Assembly (NCBI GenBank): GCA_964628265.1
Contig: CAZVLO010000001.1
Span: 55,732-100,847 of the forward strand
From: an uncultured Papillibacter sp.
GTDB lineage: Bacteria; Bacillota; Clostridia; Oscillospirales; Oscillospiraceae
Direction of reading: 5' to 3'
Length of the DNA stretch: 45,116 nt
Of the stretch, positions 18,169 to 33,388 are shown piece after piece; within the stretch, counting starts at the first letter, position 1, and each line of letters starts with the position of its first letter. A model generated the notes under the pieces. That model had not been told where the DNA came from. It ran no database searches and worked only from the letters and a program-made list of their open reading frames with translations. Made by a program: the position numbers and the translations under genes.

Positions 18169-18453
18169 GTGATCGGCTTTGCTGTCGGTATCGCAGTGGG
18201 CGCTTTTCAATTCTGGCTACTTACAAGGTTCACAAAGCGCGTAACAAGCGGAGGCTTAACCCCCCATGCCGTATTGCTGGGTTTCCTGCAGCTGCTGCTG
18301 CCGCTCATCGTCTTGCTGGCTGTGGCAATTTTGAGACGACAGGATCTGCTATGGGCCGGTGTGGGCATATCAGGAGCACTGATTGGCGGCTTATTTACCC
18401 GATTTATTCTGCTGTGGCTGAAAAAGAGGGACGGGGAGGATGCCCATGATTGA
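18169..18453 (+). CDS. atpI: ATP synthase protein I-like small membrane protein
   Basis: 94-aa hydrophobic ORF at the head of the atp operon; AAAGGGAG RBS before GTG. Confidence 0.6.
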   Translation: MIGFAVGIAVGAFQFWLLTRFTKRVTSGGLTPHAVLLGFLQLLLPLIVLLAVAILRRQDLLWAGVGISGALIGGLFTRFILLWLKKRDGEDAHD

Positions 18454-19333
18454 CTGGATTTTGCTTTTTGTCGCAGCGGCTGTCGCTGTGGCCGGATTTT
18501 TCTGGCGGAAGAGCGCCGTCAGAAAGCTTCAGACCGAAACCACGCCGGGAAAAGGTAAAACACGAGCAAAAACGCTGGCGACGATTACGATTGTCATAGG
18601 TGTGTATCTTTTCGTCACGCGCGTTTTGAATATTCTATTCGGTACGCCCATTAAAGAAGGGATTAGTGTCAATCTCTTTGCCGAGCGGATTGAGCTGTTC
18701 GGTCTGAATCTGAGCACAACGATTATCACGACTTGGATCGCGATGGCTCTCTTAATCATCACAGCGCTGGTTCTGCGTGTGACAGTCATCCGGAAAATGA
18801 AGGCTCACCCCGGCGGTGCCCAGAACGCTCTTGAGGCAGTCGTGGAAGCGGTGATCAATTACGTGCACAGTAAAGCGCACGGTATGGGTGACGGTTTTTC
18901 TGCCTATATATTCACTATCGCAGCATTCCTGATTACATGCGCCGTTCTTGAGCTGCTCGGTTTTCACACCCCCGCGGCCGATATCACAATGACCTTCTCC
19001 CTCGCGTTTATGACGTTCGTGCTTATCAATGTCTACGGCATTCGAAAGAAGGGGCTGAAAGGCCGGATTAAGGCGCTGGCCTCACCGTCACCAGCGATTT
19101 TGCCGATTCGCCTCATAACCGACATTGCGTTGCCGGTATCCATGTCCGCCCGTCTTTTCGGCAATATGCTCGGCGGAATGATCGTCATCGACCTTATCTA
19201 TAGCTCTCTCGGCAACTACGCCATAGGCATTCCCAGTGCGCTGGGCTTGTATTTCAATGTATTTCATCCGCTAATACAGGCTTTTATATTCATAACGCTG
19301 ACTCTCACATTTATTAACGAAGCAACCGAGTAG
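18446..19333 (+). CDS. atpB: F0F1 ATP synthase subunit a
   Basis: P...[28 protein letters not shown] (essential Arg) and [11 protein letters not shown] motifs; extra N-terminal TM segments. Confidence 0.92.
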   Translation: MIDWILLFVAAAVAVAGFFWRKSAVRKLQTETTPGKGKTRAKTLATITIVIGVYLFVTRVLNILFGTPIKEGISVNLFAERIELFGLNLSTTIITTWIAMALLIITALVLRVTVIRKMKAHPGGAQNALEAVVEAVINYVHSKAHGMGDGFSAYIFTIAAFLITCAVLELLGFHTPAADITMTFSLAFMTFVLINVYGIRKKGLKGRIKALASPSPAILPIRLITDIALPVSMSARLFGNMLGGMIVIDLIYSSLGNYAIGIPSALGLYFNVFHPLIQAFIFITLTLTFINEATE

Positions 19334-19343
19334 GAGGATAAAA

Positions 19344-19559
19344 ATGAGCACTGCAATTGGTGTGGCACTCTGTCTTCTGCCTTGTGCCGCAGCTGGATTA
19401 TCGATGGGTCTCGCGACAGGCCGGGCCGTCGACGCTGTGGCGCGGCAGCCGGAAGCCTCGGGCAAAATCAACTCGATTCTGCTGCTTGGTCTGGCCCTGA
19501 CGGAATCCGCTGCAATTTACGGACTTGTTATCGCGCTGCTGATGCTTTTCACCAAATAA
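19344..19559 (+). CDS. atpE: F0F1 ATP synthase subunit c
   Basis: ARQPEA loop and [15 protein letters not shown] helix carrying the conserved carboxylate. Confidence 0.95.
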   Translation: MSTAIGVALCLLPCAAAGLSMGLATGRAVDAVARQPEASGKINSILLLGLALTESAAIYGLVIALLMLFTK

Positions 19560-19579
19560 TATAGAAGGAGGCGGCATCG

Positions 19580-20062
19580 GTGGAACTGTATCCTCTGGAT
19601 ATCCTTATACACATCATCAATATCGTTGTTCTCTTCCTATTTCTGAGACTGATTTTGTTCATGCCGGTCACCCGCTTTTTGTCGGAGCGTTCAGGACGCA
19701 TCAACGATCTGCTGTCGAACGCCGAAACCAGGCTAAATGAGGCCGAAGCGCTCAAACAGGAATACGCACAGCAGCTGGAGAAGGCTGTTGAGGAGGGGCA
19801 TGATATCGTCCGCGCCAGCAAAACAAAAGCGACGCAGGAGGCGCAAGCCATCCTTTCTGACGCCAAGGCTCAGGCAGACAAATTGTTTGATGAGACACAG
19901 GAACGGATCGTAAAAGAAAAGGACCGGGCTTTGGAACAAATGCACCAGGAAGTGGCACAGCTTTCGATTGATATCGCCGCGCGTATTCTCAAACGCCAGG
20001 TAACAGAGGCGGACAATATAGCGTTGGCCGAAGAGTTTTTCCGTGAGATGAGGAAAAAATGA
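19580..20062 (+). CDS. atpF: F0F1 ATP synthase subunit b
   Basis: N-terminal TM (HIINIVVLFLFLRLILFMPV..FL.ER), then a long coiled coil. Confidence 0.92.
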   Translation: MELYPLDILIHIINIVVLFLFLRLILFMPVTRFLSERSGRINDLLSNAETRLNEAEALKQEYAQQLEKAVEEGHDIVRASKTKATQEAQAILSDAKAQADKLFDETQERIVKEKDRALEQMHQEVAQLSIDIAARILKRQVTEADNIALAEEFFREMRKK

Positions 20063-20262
20063 AAAAACCAGTTATTATGATCGCCCCGTCCTTTGACGAA
20101 AAGGCGGTCCGTCTCGTCTGTGACGAATTTTCCGCGCTCGTTGGCGAACCGCTCGATTTTGACGTGATCAAAGATGAAAAGCTCATCGGCGGCTTTATCG
20201 CGATGATTGACGGTAAGGTATATGACACAAGCTTTTCTTCACGGTCCTGGGCGGTACAATAG
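20059..20262 (+). CDS. atpH: Short ATP synthase delta subunit (C-terminal domain only; tail altered)
   Basis: [23 protein letters not shown] is the delta/OSCP C-terminal motif. It ends abruptly in SWAVQ*. Confidence 0.7.
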   Translation: MKKPVIMIAPSFDEKAVRLVCDEFSALVGEPLDFDVIKDEKLIGGFIAMIDGKVYDTSFSSRSWAVQ

Positions 20263-21522
20263 AAACCGCCAGCGTGGTGCGGCCTACGGGCCGTGTGGCT
20301 GAGGTACCTGTGGGGGAGGGCCTTCTTGGACGCGTGGTTGATCCCCTCGGACGCCCGCTGGACGGTAAGGGTGATATCAGAGCGAAACATACCCGACCCG
20401 TCGCAACGGAAGCCCCCTCCATCATGGACCGCGCCTCCGTCGATACGGCGCTGGAAACGGGCATAATCGCCATCGACAGCATGATACCGGTAGGCAGAGG
20501 TCAGCGTGAGCTCATCATCGGGGACAGACAAACCGGAAAAACGTCCATCGCCCTGTCGGCGATCATAAATCAGCAAGGCCGCGGTGTTTACTGCGTCTAC
20601 TGTGCCATTGGGCAAAAGGCTTCTACCGTTTCGAGCCTTGTCCATACGCTTGATAAAAAAGGCGCGTTGGAAAATACGGTCGTCGTCGCTGCGTTCGGCA
20701 GCGACACCCCGGCTATGCAGTATATTGCCCCGTACGCAGCCTGCGCCATAGCGGAGGAGTTCATGTACAAGGGCAAGGACGTGCTTGTGGTTTATGACGA
20801 CCTTTCAAAGCACGCGGTCGCTTACAGAACCATGTCCTTGCTCCTGCGCCGTCCGTCCGGCCGCGAAGCTTACCCCGGCGACGTTTTTTATCTTCACAGC
20901 CGTCTTCTTGAGCGGGCGGCAAAGCTCAGCCCGGAAAAGGGCGGCGGGTCTATGACAGCCCTGCCCATTGTCGAAACCACGGCAGGCGATATATCGGCTT
21001 ATATTCCCACAAACATCATATCGATTACAGACGGACAGATTTATCTTGAGACCGAGCTTTTTAACGCCGGCATACGTCCTGCGATTAATGTCGGTTTGTC
21101 TGTCTCCCGGGTCGGTCGATCCGCCCAAAGCCAAGCTATGCGCGAGGTCTCAGGCAGCCTTCGGCTTGAAGTTGCCCAATACCGCGAGATGGCTGTATTC
21201 GCGCAATTCGGCGCGGACATCGACGAGACAACCGCCAACATGCTCAGAAACGGCGAACGCCTGATTGAGCTTCTCAAGCAGAAGCAGGATATGCTATTTT
21301 CCCTCTCCGAACAGGTCTCACTGTTGATAGCTGTTGCAGCCGGCATCTTCAAAAGCTGCGATAAAAACGATATCGACAGTGTCCGGACGGCATTGCTGCA
21401 ATATCTGCACAAAAATGCGCCCTCGGTCATGAACAGCATTGACACCACCGGTTCCCTGACAGGGGAGGACAAATCGGATTTGCTGCGTGTGATTGAGCGC
21501 TTTGGGGAAGGCGGTGGCAGCC

Positions 21523-23795
<2,273 letters not shown>

Positions 23796-23816
23796 GACAA
23801 GGAGGATAAACACGCT

Positions 23817-24233
23817 ATGGCCAAGCTTTTCAAATTGACAGTCATCACACCGGAGCATGAGGTTTTTGACGGTGAGGTGGAATCGCTGACAGTTACGACA
23901 CTTGACGGACAATTTGCTTTTTTGGCCGGCCATGTCCCGATTGTCATGCCCCTTGTCGTCGGGTCTATCATAATCAAAGCGCCCGATGAGACGCTGGAGA
24001 TTTTCAACTCCGAGGGTTTTCTTGAGATTGATCACGAGGGTGCAATGGTTTTTGCCCAGGCCTGCGAGACTCCCGGTGAGATCGATAAATTCCGCGCGGA
24101 GGAAGCGCGAATCCGCGCTGAGGAGCGCCTGCGCCAAAAACAGAGCATGCGCGAATACCAGAATTCTAAGCTGGCATTAGCACGCGCGATGGCAAGACTC
24201 CGAATTTCAAAAAAGATAAGGCTCCACGACTGA
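23817..24233 (+). CDS. atpC: F0F1 ATP synthase subunit epsilon
   Basis: ITPE..VFDGEV, G.FAFLAGH.P and a C-terminal helical hairpin ending LARAMARL. Confidence 0.93.
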   Translation: MAKLFKLTVITPEHEVFDGEVESLTVTTLDGQFAFLAGHVPIVMPLVVGSIIIKAPDETLEIFNSEGFLEIDHEGAMVFAQACETPGEIDKFRAEEARIRAEERLRQKQSMREYQNSKLALARAMARLRISKKIRLHD

Positions 24234-24273
24234 AAAATCAGCCGGTCTTCCGCAGACCGGCTGATTTCTTTTT
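24233..24273. terminator. Bidirectional terminator
   Basis: AAATCAGCCGGTCT-TCCGC-AGACCGGCTGATTT with A- and T-tracts on either side. Confidence 0.85.
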
Positions 24274-24281
24274 GTTAACGT

Positions 24282-26423
24282 TTATTTCCTGCTCAGGCAA
24301 TTAGACAGCATGATAGCTGCCATGACGCGGTTTGAAATATCGTTGGGCTTAAACATGCCGTTTTGATCGCCGTTGATGATACCAAGCCCCCTGGCGATGG
24401 CCACATACCCTGTAAAGCCGGCCGGTATCGTTTTGTCATCCTTGAATCCCGGCTTGAAAATACCTGTCAGCTGCGCCACTTCCTTATATCCCAGTGCATT
24501 GACAAGGTATTTGACAAACTCGGCGCGGGTGACATACTTATCCGGGTCTTTCTCCGCGGAGGTCAGTATACCCATGGAATATGCGGCGCTGTAAAGCTCC
24601 TCATTGTCGCCGTCCCGGTCCGCGGAGAGCGGCACTGCCTTCCGCCCGGCAGCGCTTAGAATGATAATAAGCGCGTCCTCCTGGGTCAGCTGCGCGTTCG
24701 GCTTGAACGAACCGCCCGGGAATCCAACGCCATATGCTGCCAGCCGGGTGATGATGGACGCGTATGGATTGCCGTCTATATCACTATATTGCAGAATATC
24801 GTCTTTTGTCTCCTCGGCCTTGAGCGGTTCACCGGATATGGCGTCGATTCCCCATACGGCCGTTTCTTTGGCTGTATACGCGAGCAAAAGGCCGCTGGCG
24901 TGCGTCGCTTCCGGTACATTGACATATCGGAGTGCTGCACCGGCAGCCGCTGAGAATTTATCAGCGGCGGTATCGGCGGAAATCGCCCCGGCGGAAGAGA
25001 CAAAGCTCACCTCGAATTTGTACCAATTTGAATAAAAGCTGACCACAAAGCCGGTGTCCGCGTCGACGCCGACGTGGATATAATTTTCCGGGAAGCTGAT
25101 GCTGTCATATGCGCGCTTAAACATGAAGCTGTACGTGCCGTCCTGAGGTGATGCGCTTTCAGTCTGCAGCACCGTCTGCTTGAGTTCATCAGGCAGAATC
25201 TTGCCCGCAAAAGCACGAGCGGTTGCTTCAGCCTGCTGCTCGGTGTACTTATATGCGACTGTTTCTGCGCTGTATTTTTCTATGTAATACCTGTTGCTGC
25301 TTAGTGAAAGAAACTTGCCGGTTTTGGCATCCATTGTGATATTCCGGTATTGTGTGGCTTCATCCTTCAGTGTGCTACTGAATTCCATTGAAGCGGTCAC
25401 CTGCGCCAGTTTGTTTTCATCCTCGTAGGTATAGTAGTTCAAATACCGCACAACAAAATCGCTTGTCAGGCCCAGCTCCGGATAGGACCGGACCGTGTTT
25501 TCCAGTTCACTCTGGGAGAGCACACCCTGCAGTTTATCCGCCGCCGCCTGCTCCACCAGGGTCAGTCCGGCTTTATCCGGCTCGGCTGACGGCGAAGCTC
25601 CTACCTCTGCATCAGCCCGTTCAAAATTGCTGTCTGACCAGTCCAGCTTACTCAGATCCAGCAGCCGGCCCGTGACAGCGTCAACCACGTAGCTGCCGTC
25701 CGGATTTGGCATATACTGCAGCCTGGCTGTATGCGACCCGTCACCGGGGAGCGCATAAATGAGCTTCATATTCAGGGTGCTTTTTAATGCGTCCGCCGCA
25801 GCCGCTTTGTCTGTTGCTGCGGAGGGTTTTGCAGCGCCGCCATATTCCTGACCGTAATCACTCCTGTAGAAGCTGGTTATTTTTTTTGTTGATGAATTAA
25901 CACTGACACTGACTCTGATTGGTGTTTCAACACCATTCAACTTCAAGGTGCCGCTCAGATAAAACGAGGCGTTGTTAGAATAATCCAGCGTGCCTTTTCC
26001 ATGAAGCTCAACAGTTTCTAGGCTTGTGTCCAATACCTTATCAAGGAAAACCGCCGCAGCCGACCTTGCCTCATCAATACTGATTTTCGGGAATCGCGGT
26101 ATGTTTCCGTAGACAGGTCTGCTGACATCCGAAATATAATCACTATAGCGGATGATTCTGCCGTTCTCGTTGGCAGTTACATAAATGCTCTCTTTATCGT
26201 TCGACCAATTGAGTTCCCATAAGCTAACCCCGCCGTATTCATTGAGCGTGCCGTCAAAGGACGTAAACTCATCACCAATCCCCAACGTATCCTTCACTTT
26301 AATGGTGGTGGCTTTCATCCGTTCATCCAGCGTGCCGTCCGGCGGCTCCGGGGCAGCAGCTGCAGCAAGACCCGTCGATGTAAGCAGCAGCAGACTGAGT
26401 ATCAGTGACATTATCTTTTTCAC
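24282..26423 (-). CDS. Secreted SLH protein with YcdB/YcdC (PepSY-like) repeats
   Basis: GTG start after AAAGGA, signal peptide, repeated .DA.TG.. motifs, and C-terminal SLH repeats (YSDI, VTRAEF, FKDD..I, GIING). Confidence 0.8.
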   Translation of the reverse strand: MKKIMSLILSLLLLTSTGLAAAAAPEPPDGTLDERMKATTIKVKDTLGIGDEFTSFDGTLNEYGGVSLWELNWSNDKESIYVTANENGRIIRYSDYISDVSRPVYGNIPRFPKISIDEARSAAAVFLDKVLDTSLETVELHGKGTLDYSNNASFYLSGTLKLNGVETPIRVSVSVNSSTKKITSFYRSDYGQEYGGAAKPSAATDKAAAADALKSTLNMKLIYALPGDGSHTARLQYMPNPDGSYVVDAVTGRLLDLSKLDWSDSNFERADAEVGASPSAEPDKAGLTLVEQAAADKLQGVLSQSELENTVRSYPELGLTSDFVVRYLNYYTYEDENKLAQVTASMEFSSTLKDEATQYRNITMDAKTGKFLSLSSNRYYIEKYSAETVAYKYTEQQAEATARAFAGKILPDELKQTVLQTESASPQDGTYSFMFKRAYDSISFPENYIHVGVDADTGFVVSFYSNWYKFEVSFVSSAGAISADTAADKFSAAAGAALRYVNVPEATHASGLLLAYTAKETAVWGIDAISGEPLKAEETKDDILQYSDIDGNPYASIITRLAAYGVGFPGGSFKPNAQLTQEDALIIILSAAGRKAVPLSADRDGDNEELYSAAYSMGILTSAEKDPDKYVTRAEFVKYLVNALGYKEVAQLTGIFKPGFKDDKTIPAGFTGYVAIARGLGIINGDQNGMFKPNDISNRVMAAIMLSNCLSRK

Positions 26424-26461
26424 AATATCATGTCCTTTCATATTTACTTGCAGGTATCTTC

Positions 26462-26490
26462 TAAGACGCGTTTTCCGTCAAGTTGTTCCA
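26462..26490 (-). promoter_or_regulatory. ECF-sigma-type promoter of SLH gene 2
   Basis: Minus strand TGGAAC-N16-CGTCTTA. Confidence 0.6.
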
Positions 26491-26510
26491 TCCCTGCCAT
26501 AATACAGCAT

Positions 26511-26557
26511 ATAAAAAATAAATCCATTGCCTGCATGAAGACAGGTAATGGATTTAT
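26511..26557 (-). terminator. Terminator of the dnaN...gloA transcription unit
   Basis: ATAAATCCATTGCCTG / CAGGTAATGGATTTAT inverted repeat followed by a U-tract on the minus strand. Confidence 0.8.
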
Positions 26558-26565
26558 CTGCTGTT

Positions 26566-26937
26566 TTATCTTATTTTCGGGATAAGCTCAATCCAGTAAC
26601 CGTCGGGGTCCTCAATGAAGTAGATGCCCATCTCTTTGTTCTCGTAACAGACGCAGCCCATTTTTTTATGTTTTTTCAGCGCCTCCTCGATATCTTCCAC
26701 GCACATGGCCAAGTGAAACTCATTGTCGCCCAGGTCATACGGCTCCGTCCTGTCCTTTAGCCACGTGAGCTCCAGCTGATGACCCGTCCGGCCGTCGCCC
26801 ATAAATACAATTGTAAAGCTGCCGTCCGGCGGGGAAAACCGGCGTACCTCAACAAGTCCCAGTGCTTCTTTATAAAATGCTATGCTTTTGTCCAGGTCCA
26901 GAACGTTGAAATTATTATGCATAAACGTAGATTCCAT
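26566..26937 (-). CDS. gloA: Lactoylglutathione lyase (glyoxalase I, VOC family)
   Basis: H.N.NV.DL.KSI.FY, LELTW, YDLGDNEFHLA and YFIEDPDGYWIE motifs; GGAGG RBS before ATG 26937. Confidence 0.85.
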   Translation of the reverse strand: MESTFMHNNFNVLDLDKSIAFYKEALGLVEVRRFSPPDGSFTIVFMGDGRTGHQLELTWLKDRTEPYDLGDNEFHLAMCVEDIEEALKKHKKMGCVCYENKEMGIYFIEDPDGYWIELIPKIR

Positions 26938-26978
26938 GATAAACCTCCATGTGCTGTAATTTCCGATAATGTTATTTT

Positions 26979-27422
26979 CTACGGTTTCATCGCGTATTTC
27001 AAGCGCTCGGTGACAGCCAGCTCGTCGCAGCGGTTGTTGAAAGCGTTTTCGGCGTGGCCCTTGACCCAATGAAAGCTCACATCATGCAGCTCAAGCAAAG
27101 GGATTAGCGTCAGCCAAAGGTCGACGTTTTTTACCTCCCCGTTCCGGCGCCGCCAGCCTTTTTTCCGCCAACTCGTCAGCCAGCCCTCATTGACAGCGTT
27201 CACAACATATTGCGAATCCGTGTACAAATCGACCTTGCATGGCTCTTTGAGTGCCTCCAGCGCAGTAATGACACCCAGAAGCTCCATCCTGTTGTTCGTC
27301 GTCTCCGGCGCTCCGCCGGACAGTTCCTTTGCCTTGTCTCCGTACATCAGGATGGCGCCCCAGCCGCCGGGACCGGGATTTCCCGAACAGGCACCGTCGG
27401 TGTAGATGGAGACCTTTTTCAT
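26979..27422 (-). CDS. rnhA: Ribonuclease HI
   Basis: [28 protein letters not shown] and WVKGHA..N.RCD motifs. Confidence 0.96.
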   Translation of the reverse strand: MKKVSIYTDGACSGNPGPGGWGAILMYGDKAKELSGGAPETTNNRMELLGVITALEALKEPCKVDLYTDSQYVVNAVNEGWLTSWRKKGWRRRNGEVKNVDLWLTLIPLLELHDVSFHWVKGHAENAFNNRCDELAVTERLKYAMKP

Positions 27423-29932
27423 TCCTCTGCCTCTTCCCCAGCATCTTCTTCTTTCTCGGTCCGGGCGATTGAAATAACCCGCGCTCCGTCGCCGATGCGC
27501 ATGAGCCTGACACCCTGTGTCGCCCGGCTGTAAGTGCTGATATCCGAAGCCGCCATACGGATAATCGTGCCATCGTCTGATATGATGAGGATGTCGTCGT
27601 TTTCGTCGACAATCTTGACGTCGGCAACCTTGCCTGTCTTTTCCGTGATATTGTAGTTTTTAAGCCCAAGGCCACCGCGGTTCTGCGCTTCTTTTTCCGC
27701 ACAGTCATCGGAACTGCCGCGCAAATACTCTTCAATCGGTGTGCGTTTGCCAAATCCGTTTTCCGTGACAGTGAGGACCGAACCCCCCTCTCGCGTCCGC
27801 GCCGCGCCAACGCAGTAGTCGCCTTTTCTCAGGCGGATACCGCGGACGCCGGCCGCGGCTCTGCCCATGGGACGTACATCTGTCTCGCAGAAGCAGATGG
27901 CCATACCGTCGTGAGTGGCAATCAATATTTTCTGCTTGCCGTCCGTCTCACGAACAGAAATCAGTTCGTCATTTTCCTTGAGTGAAATCGCGCGGATTCC
28001 CACATTCCTGATGTTTTTAAGCTCGGACATTTCCATGCGCTTGACGGTACCGCTCTTTGTAATAAAGACAAGGTGCACGTTTTCATCATATTCACGCATG
28101 TGAATCATAGCAGAAACTTTTTCATCCGGCTGCATGGGCAGGATATTGATGATATTTGTACCTTTTGCCTGCCGACCGGCTTCCGGGATCAGATAGCCCT
28201 TTTTCTTATAGGCCCTGCCCAAATTCGTGAAGAACAGGATAAAATCGTGCGTCGAGGCGGTGAAAACCGTTTCGACAAAGTCTTCCTCACGGGTCGTCAT
28301 GGCGGTGATGCCGCGGCCGCCGCGCCGCTGGGCGCGATAGATATTGGCGGGCATGCGCTTGATGTAACCGTTATGCGTGAGCGTATAAACGCACTCCTCC
28401 TCATCTATGAGGTCTTCAATATCAATCTCATCCTCGACGATGGCTATCTCCGTCTTTCTGTCATCGCCGTATTTGTCTCTGATCTCCGTCAACTCTTCTA
28501 TTAGAACCGATTTAAGGAGTTCATCATCCGACAGCAGCTGACGATAAAAGGTTATCCTCTGCTGCAATTCGTTGTATTCCGCCTCAATCTTTTCGCGCTC
28601 AAGGCCCTGCAGGCGTCTCAGCTGCATTTCAAGAATAGCCTGGGCTTGGATCTCGGACAGACCAAAACGTTCCATCAAGCGCTCTTTGGCGTCGTTGTAG
28701 CTGGAACGGATGACGCGTATAACCTCATCAATATTGTCGACGGCGATACGCAGGCCTTCAAGAAGGTGGGCGCGCTCCCTGGCCTTGGCCAGGTCATACT
28801 CCGTCCGGCGCCGTATGACTTCTCGCTGGAAGGCAATATATTCCTCAAGGATCTGCTTCAGCGTTAAAATACGAGGCTGCGTCTGGTTTTCCACAAGTGC
28901 CAGTAGAACGATTGCAAAAGTCGTCTGGAGTTGTGTTGAGGAGTACAGGCGGTTTAATACCACCTGTGGATTGGCGTCGCGCTTAAGCTCGATGACGATA
29001 CGCATACCGTCTCTGTCGGATTCGTCTCTGAGCGCTGAAATACCTTCGATTCTTTTGTTTTTTACATTCTCAGCGATGGCTTCGAGGAGCCGCGCCTTGT
29101 TGACCTGATATGGGAGCTCCGTGACTATTATGCGGGTGCGGCCTTCCTTGAACTCCTCCATTTCAGTCTTGGCGCGGACATAAACCCTGCCGCGGCCGGT
29201 GGCATAAGCGGCCCGGATGCCTGCCCGACCCATGATAATCCCGCTTGTGGGAAAGTCGGGGCCTTTTACAAATTCCATAATGTCGTCAAGCTCGGCGTCT
29301 TCGTTTCTGATGACATGAATCGTGGCATCGATCACTTCACGGAGATTGTGTGGGGGAATATTTGTCGTCATTCCTACGGCAATACCGGAGGATCCGTTGA
29401 CCAGCAGGTTTGGGAACCGGCTTGGTACAACTCGCGGTTCTTTCCGGGTCTCGTCGTAGTTGGGATCCCAGTCAATCGTCTCTTTTTCAATATCGCGCAG
29501 TAGCTCGTTTGATATTTTGGACATTCTGGCTTCGGTGTATCTGTAGGCCGCCGGGGGATCGCCGTCAATTGAGCCGAAGTTTCCATGGCCGTCAACGAGC
29601 TTATACCGCATGGAAAAGTCCTGAGCCAACCGCACAAGTGCGTCATAGACGGAGGCGTCACCGTGGGGATGGTACCGTCCCAGAACGTTACCGACGGCCG
29701 TCGCCGATTTTCTGAACGGCTTGTCGCTGGTCAGATTGTCCTCATACATTGAGTAAAGAATGCGGCGGTGTACGGGCTTCAGACCGTCGCGAACGTCAGG
29801 CAGAGCCCGGGCTACTATGACGGACATCGCGTAATCGATAAATGAAGTCTCCATCTCATCTTCAAGCGGTGAGACGATGATCTTTTGATCGGGGAACCGG
29901 ATATCCCCCTGTCCCTGTTCCTTTCGCGCCAT
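27419..29932 (-). CDS. gyrA: DNA gyrase subunit A
   Basis: [36 protein letters not shown] and the GyrA-box QRRGGRG. Confidence 0.97.
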   Translation of the reverse strand: MARKEQGQGDIRFPDQKIIVSPLEDEMETSFIDYAMSVIVARALPDVRDGLKPVHRRILYSMYEDNLTSDKPFRKSATAVGNVLGRYHPHGDASVYDALVRLAQDFSMRYKLVDGHGNFGSIDGDPPAAYRYTEARMSKISNELLRDIEKETIDWDPNYDETRKEPRVVPSRFPNLLVNGSSGIAVGMTTNIPPHNLREVIDATIHVIRNEDAELDDIMEFVKGPDFPTSGIIMGRAGIRAAYATGRGRVYVRAKTEMEEFKEGRTRIIVTELPYQVNKARLLEAIAENVKNKRIEGISALRDESDRDGMRIVIELKRDANPQVVLNRLYSSTQLQTTFAIVLLALVENQTQPRILTLKQILEEYIAFQREVIRRRTEYDLAKARERAHLLEGLRIAVDNIDEVIRVIRSSYNDAKERLMERFGLSEIQAQAILEMQLRRLQGLEREKIEAEYNELQQRITFYRQLLSDDELLKSVLIEELTEIRDKYGDDRKTEIAIVEDEIDIEDLIDEEECVYTLTHNGYIKRMPANIYRAQRRGGRGITAMTTREEDFVETVFTASTHDFILFFTNLGRAYKKKGYLIPEAGRQAKGTNIINILPMQPDEKVSAMIHMREYDENVHLVFITKSGTVKRMEMSELKNIRNVGIRAISLKENDELISVRETDGKQKILIATHDGMAICFCETDVRPMGRAAAGVRGIRLRKGDYCVGAARTREGGSVLTVTENGFGKRTPIEEYLRGSSDDCAEKEAQNRGGLGLKNYNITEKTGKVADVKIVDENDDILIISDDGTIIRMAASDISTYSRATQGVRLMRIGDGARVISIARTEKEEDAGEEAEE

Positions 29933-29957
29933 TTATATCAAACCTTTCACGGAAAAT

Positions 29958-31943
<1,986 letters not shown>

Positions 31944-32204
31944 TTAATCAAACCGCATAATCTCACTGCGTTTAAACAGCGTTGAGGATGCCAGCTGCGA
32001 AAGATAAATAACATCATTGTCTTCCTCACGACAGATAATGAAAGACTTCGGTAAATCCTCGGATATGTTGACAATACGCCCGGCCTTTTCGGCTTTGTTC
32101 AAAAAGGAGCGGGTAATTAGAGAACCCGTTGTATTATCGAGATCGAAGATGCCGATAACAGTGCTGACCGGCACGACGGTGTTTTGACCGAGATGAAGAT
32201 ACAT
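31944..32204 (-). CDS. remB: RemB/DUF370 family protein
   Basis: MYLHLGQN.VV...IGIFDLD, PKSFII and YLSQLASSTL; conserved position between recF and gyrB. Confidence 0.88.
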   Translation of the reverse strand: MYLHLGQNTVVPVSTVIGIFDLDNTTGSLITRSFLNKAEKAGRIVNISEDLPKSFIICREEDNDVIYLSQLASSTLFKRSEIMRFD

Positions 32205-32281
32205 AGATACTGCCTCACTTCTATTGTAGCCAAATTTGCTGCCAATTTAAGGTACCGGTGAAAATATGTTTGATACACAGG

Positions 32282-33388
32282 TTATTCGGTCAGCTTTCCA
32301 CCTTTGATTTTATGGACCTTTCCGCCTGTTCTCAATGCGATCCGTGCATCTTCGCAGCAGGTAATGAAGACCTGCCCTTCATTGATGTGGTTCAAAATAA
32401 AATCCTGCCTTCCCGTGTCAAGCTCAGAGAGGACATCATCCAGAAGCAGCAACGGGTATTCACCCCTGTCGTCGCAGTGAATCTGCCGCTCAGCCAGCTT
32501 GATGGAAAGCGCCGCAGTCCTGGCCTGACCCTGGGAGGCAAAGCTTCTGGCGGGTCTGCCGTTAATTTCGATATAAAGCTCATCCTTGTGGGCTCCTGAC
32601 AGGCAAGACCCCGCGTCAAGCTCGGCGCGCTGATGCTCGCGCTGATGCTCCAGAATCTGAGGCAGGAGCTCCGATGGCGGGCGGCTTGCGTCCGTAATTG
32701 TCTTGATGGTGCAATACTTCATACTCAGGATTTCGGCACCACCGGAGAATTCCTTGTGTATCTGCGCCGCCCTCTCGGAAAGCAACAAGGTAAAAGCTGC
32801 TCTGTAGCGGATGAGCTCGGCACTCATAACAGCCAGCCGGTAATTGAAATCATCCAGAGTATATAATAACGACGGCTTATCATGATAGTCCCGCAGTATG
32901 CGTGTTTTGTGGTCAAGGAGCTTGTTGAATTCAGTCAGCGCCGCTGCGTAGCGTGGTCTGAGCTGGCATAGGCAGGTATCCATCAGCCGTCTTCGTATGA
33001 CTGCGCCGTCCCGGATCAGATTCAGATCATCAGGGCAGAAAAGAACCGCCCGGAGCTTTCCGGACAATTCTGAAGCCGTCCGCAGTTTGACGCCGTTTGC
33101 AAGAAATTGTCGGCGTTTTGTTCTGGATAAGCACGCTTCAAGATTCTGTTCTCTGTCGTCTGAGAAAATATTAGCCCTGATATACGCGCTATCCTTATCG
33201 AATCCTATCATTTCCTTGTCAGTCTTTGCACGGAACGAGCGTCCATTGGTTAGAAATTGTATCGCTTCAATGAGATTTGTCTTGCCTTGGGCATTATCTC
33301 CGATAATGACGTTGACTTTGTCGGAAAACTCGGCGATAAAATTCGAATAATTCCGAAAACCGTCCAGATTAATTGAATTAACTATCAT
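32282..33388 (-). CDS. recF: DNA replication/repair protein RecF
   Basis: FRNY, GDNAQGKTNL.EAI, SQGQ.R and LLLDDVLSELD motifs. Confidence 0.96.
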   Translation of the reverse strand: MIVNSINLDGFRNYSNFIAEFSDKVNVIIGDNAQGKTNLIEAIQFLTNGRSFRAKTDKEMIGFDKDSAYIRANIFSDDREQNLEACLSRTKRRQFLANGVKLRTASELSGKLRAVLFCPDDLNLIRDGAVIRRRLMDTCLCQLRPRYAAALTEFNKLLDHKTRILRDYHDKPSLLYTLDDFNYRLAVMSAELIRYRAAFTLLLSERAAQIHKEFSGGAEILSMKYCTIKTITDASRPPSELLPQILEHQREHQRAELDAGSCLSGAHKDELYIEINGRPARSFASQGQARTAALSIKLAERQIHCDDRGEYPLLLLDDVLSELDTGRQDFILNHINEGQVFITCCEDARIALRTGGKVHKIKGGKLTE

